This document shows positions 1 through 10,429 of a stretch of DNA of 64,000 nucleotides, in pieces; within the stretch, counting starts at the first letter, position 1, and every line of letters begins with the position of its first letter. The translations under genes were made by a program, and so were the position numbers. The notes under the pieces are model-generated. The model worked only from the letters and a program-made list of their open reading frames with translations, did not search any database and had not been told where the DNA came from. This stretch comes from a virus, in IMG/VR virus record IMGVR_UViG_3300020281_001713. The stretch is one strand, 5' to 3'.

Positions 1-318
1 GAGTATTCAAAACTTTTTAGACTAGCGGCAGATACTACTAGAGCATATGAAATAGAATATGTGTATAAAAGCAGTGCAGTCAATGCTTCACGAACAGGAA
101 AACTAGATGTGCTAGTTAATCCTGCACAAAATCTTGTAACCCTTACCGATGACTATGATTACATTGGTGATGTCAACTTAGCACAAAATTTAAAATTCAA
201 AGCCCAAAATTATGATGAAAATTCCAATTCTTCGGTTGACACAGTGGCCATTATGGTGTTAAACTCTACTAATAGCGATAATGCAACTTTAACATATAAG
301 GTGAAAATTAAATCATAA
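1..318 (+). CDS. 3' end of a truncated gene, probably virion structural
   Basis: Frame 1 is open from base 1 (EYSKLFRLAADTTRAYEIEY...) to TAA at 316-318; beta-rich composition. Confidence 0.6.
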   Translation, partial: EYSKLFRLAADTTRAYEIEYVYKSSAVNASRTGKLDVLVNPAQNLVTLTDDYDYIGDVNLAQNLKFKAQNYDENSNSSVDTVAIMVLNSTNSDNATLTYKVKIKS

Positions 319-328
319 ATGGCATTTC

Positions 329-754
329 ATGTTCGATAAAGATTTCGATAGTAGATTAGCAACTTGGGCAAAATTCCGCGAAACACTTGAAACAACAAAA
401 GATCCTATTCAGGATACAATTGATTTCTTCAATCCGGCGCCACTTGTTAATATACAAACTGATCCTTACACTCCGAGCTCTTGGCCCGATCCGTGGGAAC
501 TAATTAAGGAAAATACTTATTGTTCCTTCGTTAAGATTCTTGCAATTTGTTACACCTTGCAATTAACCGAAGTTTTATCTGTTGAAGATTTTGAGATACA
601 TATTACACACGACAATAAAAAATCGTCAACGTATTATCTGCTATATGTAGGCGACAGGGTCGTTGGTTTCAAAGAGAATACACATGTCAGTAAAAAAGAT
701 ATTCCAAATAGTCTTATTTCACATCATGAGTTTTCCATGCCACGGCTAAACTAA
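329..754 (+). CDS. hypothetical phage protein
   Basis: 141-aa ORF packed between neighbours. Confidence 0.7.
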   Translation: MFDKDFDSRLATWAKFRETLETTKDPIQDTIDFFNPAPLVNIQTDPYTPSSWPDPWELIKENTYCSFVKILAICYTLQLTEVLSVEDFEIHITHDNKKSSTYYLLYVGDRVVGFKENTHVSKKDIPNSLISHHEFSMPRLN

Positions 755-779
755 ATATTTTACTGAATAGGGAGTAGAC

Positions 780-3095
780 ATGAGTAACGGAATAATGATA
801 GTCAAACGTGACGGCACAAAAGAAAATCTTAACATTGATAAAATACATTTTGTAGTAGAGGAGGCATGTAAAGGTCTCGCTGGTGCAAGCTCTAGTCAGA
901 TTGAAATGAATGCTAATTTACAATTTTACGATGGTATGACTACAGAAGAAATACAAGAGATTTTAATTAAAAGTGCAAACGATCTTATATCATTAGAGAA
1001 TCCAAATTATCAAACAGCGGCGGCTAGACTACTAAGCTATACTGTTAATAAGCAAGTGTTTGGCAAGTTTCAACCTATTAGCCTTAAAGAAATGATTGAT
1101 CTAAATATAGATCGTGGTGTTTATGATCCAGAAATTTTAAACTTTTATAGTGAAGAAGAACTAGCAAAACTAGATAGTTTTATTTGTCACTCAAGAGATG
1201 AGAATTTTACTTATGCTGGAATGCGTCAAGTGGTTGACAAGTATCTTTGTCAAGATAGAAGCAATAATCAATTATTTGAAACCCCGCAGTTTATGTATAT
1301 GATGATTGCGGCTACATTATTTTCGCAGTACCCAAAAGAAACACGCCTACAATATGTAAGGAGATATTATGATGCGACATCGTTATTCAAAATCAACATA
1401 CCGACGCCGGTTATGGCAGGAGTTAGAACACCGGTCAGACAATTTGCAAGTTGTGTTCTCGTTGACAGCAATGATACTCTTGACAGCATTTTTGCTAGTG
1501 ACATGGCAATTGGTAGATATACAGCCCAACGTGCAGGCATTGGAATTAATGCTGGGCGTATCAGAGGAGTCAATTCTAAAATTAGGGGAGGAGAAGTAGC
1601 ACACACAGGAATCATTCCGTTCCTAAAAAAGTTTGAATCTACTGTAAGGTGTTGTACACAAAATGGTGTTCGCGGAGGTTCAGCTACTACACACTTTCCT
1701 TTTTGGCATCAAGAAATTGAAGATATACTCGTGTTAAAAAATAACAAGGGTACAGAAGATAACAGAGTGCGTAAATTAGACTATTCAATTCAACTTAATA
1801 AAACAATGTACGAACGGTTACTGAGTAATGGTGACATTACTCTTTTCTCACCACATGATGTTCCCGGACTTTATGAGGCATATTTTGATGATGCTGATAA
1901 GTTTAAAGAATTATATGAAAAGTATGAAAGAGCTTATTCTGTTAAAAAGAAAACTATACCAGCAATGGAATTATTTTCTGCATTAATTAAAGAACGTGCA
2001 GAGACAGGAAGAATTTACATAATGAATGTAGATCACTGTAATACTCATAGCTCATTTAAAGATAAAGTATATATGAGCAATCTATGCCAAGAAATAACAC
2101 TGCCTACGAAGCCTTTAGAACACATAGATGACGCAGAGGGCGAAATAGCTTTATGTATTTTATCTGCAATAAATGTTGGCACTCTTAAATCACTTGATGA
2201 TCTAGAAGAATTATGTGAATTAGCAGTTAGAGCTTTAGAAGAAATTATTGATTATCAAAAATATCCAATCAAGGCGGCTGAAGCTAGCACAAAAGCTAGA
2301 CGTTCATTAGGTATTGGATACATTGGTTTAGCACATTTCCTTGCCAAAAATCATGCAAAGTACGAAGACAAAGAAGCATGGCAATTGGTGCATGATTTGT
2401 CAGAAGCTTTCCAATACTTTTTATTAAAAGCATCTAATAAACTTGCAGAAGAAAGAGGTGCTTGCGACTATTTTGAACGTACTAAATATAGTGAGGGCAT
2501 TCTACCAATTGATACATACAAAAAAGAAGTAGACACAATAGTAAAAGGAAAATTAAAATATGACTGGGATACTCTTCGCAAGGACATTCAATTACACGGT
2601 CTTAGGCACTCAACATTGTCCGCACAAATGCCTTCAGAGAGTAGTTCCGTTGTGTCGAACGCAACCAATGGAATCGAACCGCCTAGAGGATACTTGTCCG
2701 TTAAAAAATCAAAAAAAGGGCCTCTTAAGCAGATTGTTCCGCAGTATATTAAACTAAAGAATCAGTATACATTACTCTGGGAAATGCCTAGTAATGAAGG
2801 ATACATTAATATAGTGTCAGTAATGCAAAAATTCTTTGACCAAGCCATAAGCGGTAATTGGTCTTACAATCCGACGCACTTTGCTAACAATGAAGTTCCG
2901 ATGAGCGTGATGATGAAAGACTTGCTAACAACATATAAAATGGGTTGGAAGACAAGTTATTATCAAAATACTTACGACTACAAAACTGATCCAAGTGAAG
3001 TAGACGATGAACCTGTAATTGAAGCACCGTTAGCAACGCAGAATCCTTATTTGACTGAAGAAAATGAGGAAGAATGTGAAGCCTGTGCAATTTAA
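780..3095 (+). CDS. nrdA: class Ia ribonucleotide reductase alpha subunit
   Basis: N-terminal ATP cone (IVKRDG), PTPVMAG, SCVL, SNLCQEI, C-terminal CEAC; no intein or intron visible. Confidence 0.98.
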   Translation: MSNGIMIVKRDGTKENLNIDKIHFVVEEACKGLAGASSSQIEMNANLQFYDGMTTEEIQEILIKSANDLISLENPNYQTAAARLLSYTVNKQVFGKFQPISLKEMIDLNIDRGVYDPEILNFYSEEELAKLDSFICHSRDENFTYAGMRQVVDKYLCQDRSNNQLFETPQFMYMMIAATLFSQYPKETRLQYVRRYYDATSLFKINIPTPVMAGVRTPVRQFASCVLVDSNDTLDSIFASDMAIGRYTAQRAGIGINAGRIRGVNSKIRGGEVAHTGIIPFLKKFESTVRCCTQNGVRGGSATTHFPFWHQEIEDILVLKNNKGTEDNRVRKLDYSIQLNKTMYERLLSNGDITLFSPHDVPGLYEAYFDDADKFKELYEKYERAYSVKKKTIPAMELFSALIKERAETGRIYIMNVDHCNTHSSFKDKVYMSNLCQEITLPTKPLEHIDDAEGEIALCILSAINVGTLKSLDDLEELCELAVRALEEIIDYQKYPIKAAEASTKARRSLGIGYIGLAHFLAKNHAKYEDKEAWQLVHDLSEAFQYFLLKASNKLAEERGACDYFERTKYSEGILPIDTYKKEVDTIVKGKLKYDWDTLRKDIQLHGLRHSTLSAQMPSESSSVVSNATNGIEPPRGYLSVKKSKKGPLKQIVPQYIKLKNQYTLLWEMPSNEGYINIVSVMQKFFDQAISGNWSYNPTHFANNEVPMSVMMKDLLTTYKMGWKTSYYQNTYDYKTDPSEVDDEPVIEAPLATQNPYLTEENEEECEACAI

Positions 3096-3098
3096 CTA

Positions 3099-3127
3099 TT
3101 GACAATTAGTTAAATATAGTATAAAAT
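3099..3127 (+). promoter_or_regulatory. sigma70-type promoter
   Basis: TTGACA-17 nt-TAAAAT upstream of nrdB. Confidence 0.6.
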
Positions 3128-3164
3128 AATATAAGTAGTAGAAAGAAGGAAGAAGGGCCCACCC

Positions 3165-4268
3165 ATGGCGAAGACAGTTTTTAATCAAGAAAAAGTAGAT
3201 TTTACAAAGCAAAATATGTTTTTTGGCGAAGACCAAAACACACAGAGATATGATGTTTTTAAGTTTCCGGTGTTTGATAAACTTAATCAAACAATGCTAG
3301 GATATTTTTGGAGACCTGAAGAAGTAAGTCTTCAAAAGGACAGAGCAGATTACGCAAGCTTTCGTCCAGAACAAAAACATATTTTTACAAGTAATTTAAA
3401 ATATCAAACACTTTTAGATAGTGTACAAGGTAGAGGTCCCTGCCTTGCATTCTTACCACATGTAAGTTTGCCTGAGTTGGAAGGTTGTATTGTAACTTGG
3501 GATTTCTTTGAAACAATCCATAGTAGATCATACACACATATTATGAAAAATGTGTACCCAGATCCTTCTGTTGTGTTTGATACTATCTTAGATGATAAAA
3601 AAATTATTGCAAGAGCTACTAGTGTTACAAAAAATTATGATGCATTTACAGAAGCCGCTGATGATTTTACTCATCATAAAAAAGGATCAATGTATGATGT
3701 AAAGAAAAAACTTTACCTCGCAATGCATAATGTAAATATTTTAGAAGGACTACGTTTTTATGTTAGTTTTGCTTGCACATTTGCATTTGGTGAATTAAAA
3801 CTTATGGAAGGAAGTGCAAAAATTATATCTCTAATTGCTAGAGATGAAGCACAGCATTTAGCTCTAAGTACACATGTCCTTAAAAATTGGGCTCAAGGTA
3901 AAGATGATCCAGACATGGTCAAAATTGCAAAAGAAACCCAAGAAGAAGTCTTAGATATGTGGAGAGAATGTGTAGCAGAAGAAAAGGATTGGGCCGAGTA
4001 CCTGTTTAAAGATGGATCAATGATTGGACTTAATGAAACATTACTTCACAAGTATGTAGAATATATTGCAAATCGTAGGCTCAAAGCATTAGGATTGCCA
4101 ATGATTTTTGATCAACCTAGCACACAAAACCCACTTCCTTGGACGCAACATTGGTTATCAAGTTCTGGCTTACAAGTTGCTCCACAAGAAACAGAAGTAG
4201 AGTCATATGTAATTGGCGGTATCAAACAAGATGTTGACGAAGATGCCTTGAAAGGATTCAGTTTATGA
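3165..4268 (+). CDS. nrdB: class Ia ribonucleotide reductase beta subunit
   Basis: FWRPEEV, LLDSVQ, FETIHSRSY (radical Tyr), LEG, DEAQH diiron ligands. Confidence 0.98.
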   Translation: MAKTVFNQEKVDFTKQNMFFGEDQNTQRYDVFKFPVFDKLNQTMLGYFWRPEEVSLQKDRADYASFRPEQKHIFTSNLKYQTLLDSVQGRGPCLAFLPHVSLPELEGCIVTWDFFETIHSRSYTHIMKNVYPDPSVVFDTILDDKKIIARATSVTKNYDAFTEAADDFTHHKKGSMYDVKKKLYLAMHNVNILEGLRFYVSFACTFAFGELKLMEGSAKIISLIARDEAQHLALSTHVLKNWAQGKDDPDMVKIAKETQEEVLDMWRECVAEEKDWAEYLFKDGSMIGLNETLLHKYVEYIANRRLKALGLPMIFDQPSTQNPLPWTQHWLSSSGLQVAPQETEVESYVIGGIKQDVDEDALKGFSL

Positions 4269-4531
4269 GTTCTACACAAAATGTTGTTGTATTATCTAAA
4301 CCTCACTGTCCATACTGTGATATGGCAAGAGCATTATTAGACAAAATGGGTGTAGATTACACTACAAGAACATTAGGCAAAGACTTAACTAGAGAAGAAG
4401 TATTCGAACTAGCACCACAAGCCCGAACATTTCCCCAGATAATCATCAATAACCAAGTAATTGGCGGTTATAATCAGTTAAATACATATATAGAGAACAC
4501 AGGGTTTAACGGAACGGGGTATACATTATAA
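4265..4531 (+). CDS. glutaredoxin
   Basis: CPYC active site, TFPQI, IGGY; follows nrdAB. Confidence 0.95.
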   Translation: MSSTQNVVVLSKPHCPYCDMARALLDKMGVDYTTRTLGKDLTREEVFELAPQARTFPQIIINNQVIGGYNQLNTYIENTGFNGTGYTL

Positions 4532-4830
4532 TGGCATTATTACAAACAACAGTAGAAAAAGACGATATTATTACTATTAGAACAGTTCAGGGCTTTGAAA
4601 TGGTAGCTAAATTTGTATCTGAATCTTCTGCGTCAATTAAGGTAAACAAACCTTTAATGATTACAGGGACAAGTTCAGTTGCAGATACAGGAGTAACAAA
4701 AGCTCTTTTTGGTCCAGTTGCTTCTACAATGGCTACACTAGGCGATATTGAAATTAATAGTGTTAATATTCTTTGCGCCAACGAAACAGATAGCGATATA
4801 GCGGACCAGTATAAATCACAGGTAAGTTAA
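4531..4830 (+). CDS. hypothetical protein, possibly Sm-like fold
   Basis: Overlapping start/stop; DIITIRTVQGFEMVAKF beta pattern. Confidence 0.55.
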   Translation: MALLQTTVEKDDIITIRTVQGFEMVAKFVSESSASIKVNKPLMITGTSSVADTGVTKALFGPVASTMATLGDIEINSVNILCANETDSDIADQYKSQVS

Positions 4831-4831
4831 A

Positions 4832-5920
4832 ATGAGTGGTGTAAATACAACTCCAACTACACCAAACTCAACTGAATCAGGACATCCTGGTAACAGTATG
4901 ACGCATACGGGCGTTGACGCCCACGAAGGGTCAACTGTCACTAGCAACCCTGATGAACATTCACATGTACATTTCGATGACGGTTATAAATTACATTTTG
5001 GCGAAATAGCTAGCTTGTTTGAAGATATCCAAGCTGATATTAGAATAATAACAGATAGAGCAACAAGCCTTACAAAAGGTTTATATAAAAGAGATGCAGA
5101 TACAACTGCACCTAATGCCGCAAATATTGCATTACAGGCCGCGGCAGAAGTTAACTTTGATGCTACTGGAATTTTATCACAACTTAATGCTGAAATGTCC
5201 CGTCCTACAAATTACGCAGATACTACAAGCCAAAACTATGCAACAGTGCAAGGTGGCGGCACCTCAGGTAACTTTGTAGGAAGTAATAATTACCAAAGAC
5301 CTGCAGGATATGCAAGTGCAAGTACAGTAATAGTTCAGAATGATGACGGAACTACTACAGCAAAAAGAACAGGCGATGTCACATTACAAGAACTAGAAGC
5401 GGCTGGTTTAGCAACAACAGGTTCAGCTAGCGGTAATGTAAAATATGGTAACCAAGGTAAAATACGTAATCGTCCTTTACAACAAGCACTTATGGATATT
5501 TTAATTGCAGGTGCTAATGCCGCGAATGTTGATGTTTTAATTACAAGTGGCGGACAACTTGCCGCAAGAGATGGCGGAGTTGACGGAAGGACTAGGACAG
5601 GATCTAATAGACACGATAATGGATATGCCGCAGACGTTGTTATATTTAAAGACGGATTTCAAGGACGCGAATTATCTAGTAGAAATTCAGACGACTTAGC
5701 AATTATGGTTGCATTTATGAAAGCATGTAAAGATGCAGGAGCAACTGCAATAGGTCAAGGAAATAATTACATGGGCGATACAGGGATTCATGTAGACATT
5801 GCTTTAACAGGACAATCAGCAGGACAACTTACTAAAATTAGTACAGCATCTTTCTGGGGAGGAAAAGATGCTAAACGTGGATTGGCTCCACAATACTTAT
5901 CGGACATAATGACAGCATAA
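4832..5920 (+). CDS. protein with C-terminal peptidase M15-like (LAS) domain
   Basis: ITSGG...SNRHDNGYAAD...IHVD zinc-ligand pattern (H-x6-D, HxD). Confidence 0.7.
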   Translation: MSGVNTTPTTPNSTESGHPGNSMTHTGVDAHEGSTVTSNPDEHSHVHFDDGYKLHFGEIASLFEDIQADIRIITDRATSLTKGLYKRDADTTAPNAANIALQAAAEVNFDATGILSQLNAEMSRPTNYADTTSQNYATVQGGGTSGNFVGSNNYQRPAGYASASTVIVQNDDGTTTAKRTGDVTLQELEAAGLATTGSASGNVKYGNQGKIRNRPLQQALMDILIAGANAANVDVLITSGGQLAARDGGVDGRTRTGSNRHDNGYAADVVIFKDGFQGRELSSRNSDDLAIMVAFMKACKDAGATAIGQGNNYMGDTGIHVDIALTGQSAGQLTKISTASFWGGKDAKRGLAPQYLSDIMTA

Positions 5921-6720
5921 TGCCTATACGATTTACACATACAGATTACACTGAAGAACTTAACAGGATTATCACTGCCATGACAGGTATTCGTAATGAC
6001 ATTAGATTATTAAGAAGAACATTAGAAGACCCAGAACAAGGTGTAGCAGTTAGTCATGTAATGAATGATTTACAAAAAGCTCTAATGGCAGTGGCTTTAA
6101 GTAATGATGGTGCAGGAAATGCAGAAGTAGTACGCAAAAAAATAATTTCAGGGGCAGGTGCTTCCTTAAATGCAGGAGCAGGAGTAACATCCGCTGGCAC
6201 AAGTCAAGAAAATATTGCGGCTATTAAACAAGGTGCTCCACCTAAGGCAACCGCAGTTGACCCTAGTATTGGAGACAAACGTTGGCCTGCTGAAAGAGCG
6301 GCAGGATCAGTTGCATTACCTAATGCGGGACCTAATTCAGATCTTGTAAATCCTGCCACAGGTGAAGTTATTGCAGTTGGTAGAGATCAACAAATTGCTA
6401 ACGTACAATCTGCTACGTCTCCTCAACCAGCTACTGGAGATCCAGTAATAGGCGTTGCACAAACAGAAAGACAACGTATACTTGAAAAATTAGGGCAGGA
6501 TATTGCAAGCACAAAAGTTTTAATTAGAGTAGCTGGACAATATTATTTTGAAGCTGATCCTACAGCAGGACCAGATGACGGTACTGTAGGTTCAATCCCC
6601 CAAGTAACAAAATTTGCACTTGGCACACAATTAGGATATCAATCTAAATCAGGCGGCGGAGATGATGAAGATTATGGACATGATACATCTGCAAGAAGTA
6701 GTCAAGGAAGTGTACAATAA
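5920..6720 (+). CDS. hypothetical protein, likely virion or baseplate-associated
   Basis: Coupled to flanking genes; N-terminal helix resembles a segment of the upstream protein. Confidence 0.55.
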   Translation: MPIRFTHTDYTEELNRIITAMTGIRNDIRLLRRTLEDPEQGVAVSHVMNDLQKALMAVALSNDGAGNAEVVRKKIISGAGASLNAGAGVTSAGTSQENIAAIKQGAPPKATAVDPSIGDKRWPAERAAGSVALPNAGPNSDLVNPATGEVIAVGRDQQIANVQSATSPQPATGDPVIGVAQTERQRILEKLGQDIASTKVLIRVAGQYYFEADPTAGPDDGTVGSIPQVTKFALGTQLGYQSKSGGGDDEDYGHDTSARSSQGSVQ

Positions 6721-7508
6721 TGGCTAAGGTTCATAGAGTAGGAGACTTTGATACAAGCGGAGCGATGTCAAGTACTGGCTCTGAAAATGTTTTTGCCAAT
6801 GGCGGACCCACATTAGGAGGAGGAGTATCTGAAGTTTTTGATTTACCTGACGCAGTAGGAGTAACTGATATTGCCGCTAGAATGATATTATCAGATAGGG
6901 CAGATGAAATTAATAGAGGCGAAATTGATCCGGACATGAATGAACCATTCGAACAGTTTGATCCTGCTAGCGGCAAAGGCATTAATCCAGTTGATGGATC
7001 AACAGCGATAATTGGTGCACCTGGCTCACCTGCTGGAGGCGCCGGCGGAAATTTTGAAACAGACGCAGACGAAGAAACTGTCACTGTACCTTTTGATAAT
7101 TCTACACCAATTTCTGATATGTTATTACCTGAGCCACAAGTAAATATGAATGTATCAACAGATACCTTTAATAAGGCAGTTAAACTTGCAAAAAATTTAG
7201 GCAGACCGCTTAGAATAAACAGTGGGTATAGAACTCCAGAATATAATAGAAAAGTTGGAGGAGCCAAAAATAGTCAACATGTCGCAAAAAAAGCAATGGA
7301 TATAAGATGGCCTGATGGAGATTTCAGTACTAGAATAGCATTTATCCAATTAGCTTGTGATGTTGGATTTACAGGCATAGGTGTGTATAATAATTTCATG
7401 CATGTTGATACAGGTCCAAAAAGATGTTGGGGTCCATCGGGAGGAAGAGCTAGTGTATATCAACAGTACGTATCAGTTTTAAGAAAAAATGGATATACTG
7501 TTGGTTGA
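6720..7508 (+). CDS. PAAR-like N-terminus fused to peptidase M15A
   Basis: VHRVGD..GSENVFANG start; INSGYR-YNRKVGGAKNSQH-AMDI-GIGVY-FMHVD. Confidence 0.85.
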   Translation: MAKVHRVGDFDTSGAMSSTGSENVFANGGPTLGGGVSEVFDLPDAVGVTDIAARMILSDRADEINRGEIDPDMNEPFEQFDPASGKGINPVDGSTAIIGAPGSPAGGAGGNFETDADEETVTVPFDNSTPISDMLLPEPQVNMNVSTDTFNKAVKLAKNLGRPLRINSGYRTPEYNRKVGGAKNSQHVAKKAMDIRWPDGDFSTRIAFIQLACDVGFTGIGVYNNFMHVDTGPKRCWGPSGGRASVYQQYVSVLRKNGYTVG

Positions 7509-7533
7509 CAACTATCATATTTGATGTTATAAT
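7505..7533 (+). promoter_or_regulatory. sigma70 consensus promoter (extended -10)
   Basis: TTGACA-17-TATAAT with TG at the extended -10 position. Confidence 0.8.
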
Positions 7534-7565
7534 GGTATTATAAAATTAAATAAAGATTGGATAGT

Positions 7566-8168
7566 ATGGCTGAAAAACTAATACTAACAGACGCAGATGG
7601 AGTACTTTTAAACTGGGAGTATGCATTTACATGCTTTATGGACCAACAAGGTTTCCAAAAACAACCAGGATCAGCATTCCAATATGACATTGCAAAAGCT
7701 TTTAATTTAAAGTCTAATAATCAAGGACACAAACTAATTAAAAGATTTAATGAAAGTGCGGCAATGGGCTTTTTACCTGCACTAAGAGATAGTGTCCATT
7801 ATGTAAAAAAATTACACGAAGAGCATGGATATGAATTTCATTGTATTACTTCAATGAGCACTGACACATATGCATACAAACTTCGTAGAATGAATATAGA
7901 AAAGCTTTTTGGAACATCAGCTTTTACAAAACTTATATGTTTAGCTACAGGGGCACCTAAAGATGATGCCTTAGCTGAATATAAAGGTTCTAACTATTTT
8001 TGGATAGAAGATAAGTTAGATAATGCGGTCGCAGGCCTAAAACAAGGATTGCGTCCACTTTTGGTCGAACACGGCCACAATATGAATGAAGAACTTCCTG
8101 AAGGCATACATAAAGTAGTCAATTGGAAAGAAATTTATTCTATTATAACAGGAGAAAATGATGAGTGA
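7566..8168 (+). CDS. HAD-family 5'(3')-deoxyribonucleotidase-like protein
   Basis: LTDADGVL (DxD) motif, ITS, K, WIEDK. Confidence 0.8.
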   Translation: MAEKLILTDADGVLLNWEYAFTCFMDQQGFQKQPGSAFQYDIAKAFNLKSNNQGHKLIKRFNESAAMGFLPALRDSVHYVKKLHEEHGYEFHCITSMSTDTYAYKLRRMNIEKLFGTSAFTKLICLATGAPKDDALAEYKGSNYFWIEDKLDNAVAGLKQGLRPLLVEHGHNMNEELPEGIHKVVNWKEIYSIITGENDE

Positions 8169-8346
8169 ATTATCACAACACGAACAGATTGTTCAAGCGT
8201 TTAATCAATACCTTGCAGAAGCAGAGACTTTTGATGAAAAAGGTGTGAAGGCCGCGGCAGCTAGAGCCAGAAAGGCCCTTGGAGATCTAGGCAAACTTGC
8301 CAAGACAAGAAGAGCAGAAATCCAAGAGAAAAAGAACAACATGTAA
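8158..8346 (+). CDS. small basic Hc1/histone-H1-like helical protein
   Basis: KGVKAAAARARKALGDLGKLAKTRRAEIQ; GGAG RBS. Confidence 0.6.
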   Translation: MMSELSQHEQIVQAFNQYLAEAETFDEKGVKAAAARARKALGDLGKLAKTRRAEIQEKKNNM

Positions 8347-8552
8347 TGAGCGGGCAACGACTATGGCTCAGGACATGGGCAAGGATAGTTGGAATGCCTA
8401 TAGGTATGACAGATGATGACAAACCTGAATTTCTGCCTATACCGCAGACTAGTGTAAAACGTGCATTGGCGGCTAGAACTTTCTGGATCGTCTTGCACGT
8501 TGTTACATGTTGTATGATAATTGCCGGTAATGCAAAAGCACTTTTTTGGTAG
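8346..8552 (+). CDS. small membrane protein
   Basis: C-terminal hydrophobic segment; overlapping start. Confidence 0.55.
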   Translation: MSGQRLWLRTWARIVGMPIGMTDDDKPEFLPIPQTSVKRALAARTFWIVLHVVTCCMIIAGNAKALFW

Positions 8553-8560
8553 GAGGTAAT

Positions 8561-8935
8561 ATGAAAAAACTTTTAATCTTAATAATACTAGGCGTTGCAA
8601 TATTTGCAACCTTACCAGCAAACGCAGATCACCGTTATGGTTATGGTAATCAATGGAATAATCATTCATATGGTTATTATAATCATGGCGGCCCTTGGAA
8701 TAACCGTTGGCATAATCCAAGAGGTTATAGACCACATATGCATCACAGACATAATGGTGGTAGATGGCATAGACGCAATAATGATATTGCAGGAGTGATT
8801 ATAGGTGGCATAATTCTTAACGAAATATTTAGGAATAATAATCAAAGATACCAACAACAATGTTATGATGTAAAAAGGCAAGGATATAACCAAAATGGTT
8901 ATTATACCGAATGGTACGAAAGGGTTTGTAATTAA
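8561..8935 (+). CDS. secreted His/Arg/Tyr-rich protein
   Basis: AGGAGG RBS, signal peptide MKKLLIL...ANA, HHRH-rich segment. Confidence 0.65.
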   Translation: MKKLLILIILGVAIFATLPANADHRYGYGNQWNNHSYGYYNHGGPWNNRWHNPRGYRPHMHHRHNGGRWHRRNNDIAGVIIGGIILNEIFRNNNQRYQQQCYDVKRQGYNQNGYYTEWYERVCN

Positions 8936-9532
8936 GTGGGACAATACCCATTCTTCTATTTTTATGATTTAGAATTTGATGCTAGTAAAATTTTAGACTT
9001 CATCAATACTATACCAGATGAAGAATGGGTAGGACCACACATTGGCAATTATGATCCTGACATAGATACAACAGAGCATTTAGCAGACAACAACTTATGG
9101 ACTGCTAATAATCTCCAAACTGATTTTACTAAATGTAATGAAATTAATAAAATAGCAAAATACTTTTCCCCAGGTAGACGTTTCTTCAAAGGCATGATGA
9201 TAAAGAAAAGTAAAAAGGATTTTAAATCACCTTTTCATCCACTAATGCAAAATTTAGAATTTGATAAAAAAAATAACATTGTAAGAACATTTGATATAAT
9301 AGTACCTATTCAAGGAGGATTTGTAGAAAGTCCATTAGAAGCAATTGATACAAAAACAAACGAACACTTTACATTAGTGCCAAAAGGTTTAGCCTTTATG
9401 GTTCCTAATGATCCCAGTTGGCATTTTAGCTGGTGTGAAACAATACATGACTTTCGATATACTTTACACCTAAGGGGAGTAATGCCTATCAAACATGAAT
9501 TCATGAAAGGCTATTATCACAAAAATGTCTGA
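8936..9532 (+). CDS. putative double-stranded beta-helix (2OG oxygenase-like) protein
   Basis: PFH...IIVPI...WH...RYTL spacing parallels the next gene. Confidence 0.45.
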   Translation: MGQYPFFYFYDLEFDASKILDFINTIPDEEWVGPHIGNYDPDIDTTEHLADNNLWTANNLQTDFTKCNEINKIAKYFSPGRRFFKGMMIKKSKKDFKSPFHPLMQNLEFDKKNNIVRTFDIIVPIQGGFVESPLEAIDTKTNEHFTLVPKGLAFMVPNDPSWHFSWCETIHDFRYTLHLRGVMPIKHEFMKGYYHKNV

Positions 9533-10033
9533 CTATCTAATTGAATTACCTCATTTTGAATATAATAAATCAGCACTAATTGATTACCAAAAGGAAATCA
9601 AGGACTGGCGTCCTAATAATCATTATACAAGAGCAGGAATTGATACAGGTAAAGCTAACAGTTGGTTTGACTATTATCCTGACAAAAATAATTCAGTAAT
9701 AAAGGAAATTACAAATAATCTAAATATTGATCTTGTAATACAAAAACCGTATAAGTTTACAATGCATTTAGCTGGAGGTAAACTACCTTGGCATATCGAT
9801 CCAAAAAGAGAATGTGTATTAATGATTCCTTTAACAGATGATAACGAAGGACTTAAATGGATTAATAGTAAGGGTGAAACCTTATGTGAACATATCTATA
9901 CATGCCCTACAGTTATAAATGCAAAAATTATGCATGGCTGTCCCACTATTACAAAAGATAGAATATTCTTGCAGGTTGATATACCATGTTCTTGGAGTAC
10001 CTTAAAAGAGGATTATAAATATATTTTCAATGT

Positions 10034-10043
<10 letters not shown>
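9525..10043 (+). CDS. 2OG-Fe(II) oxygenase-like protein
   Basis: LPWHID (HxD)...IMHG...RIFLQ. Confidence 0.7.
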
Positions 10044-10109
<66 letters not shown>

Positions 10110-10128
10110 TTTTCACTAAATATTAATA

Positions 10129-10395
10129 ATGTCTACTATACCAAACAATGCTATGCCAATGACAAAAGATGTAGAATATCTTAACAGTCTACGTCGGCAA
10201 GAAGATGTAAGGATAGAAAAGCAATTAGAAGCAAAACGGTTAGAAGAGTTCAACAATAAAAAAATTATACTTTCAGAACTAATGTTGCAAAAATACTACG
10301 AAAGATTAGATGCACTTGCCTTATATAACAGACAAAAGCAACTAGAAAGAGCTCAAGCCGAGCAAGGCCGTTTTGTAGACATAGAAGTTAAGTAA
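10129..10395 (+). CDS. hypothetical coiled-coil protein
   Basis: ORF preceded by a TAAATA motif. Confidence 0.6.
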   Translation: MSTIPNNAMPMTKDVEYLNSLRRQEDVRIEKQLEAKRLEEFNNKKIILSELMLQKYYERLDALALYNRQKQLERAQAEQGRFVDIEVK

Positions 10396-10429
10396 TCAGC
10401 TAAATACACTACACAAGAGGACGCAAACC

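Noticed and set aside
780-4268. Introns, inteins or homing endonucleases in nrdA/nrdB
   Set aside because: Both ORFs are continuous and of normal length.
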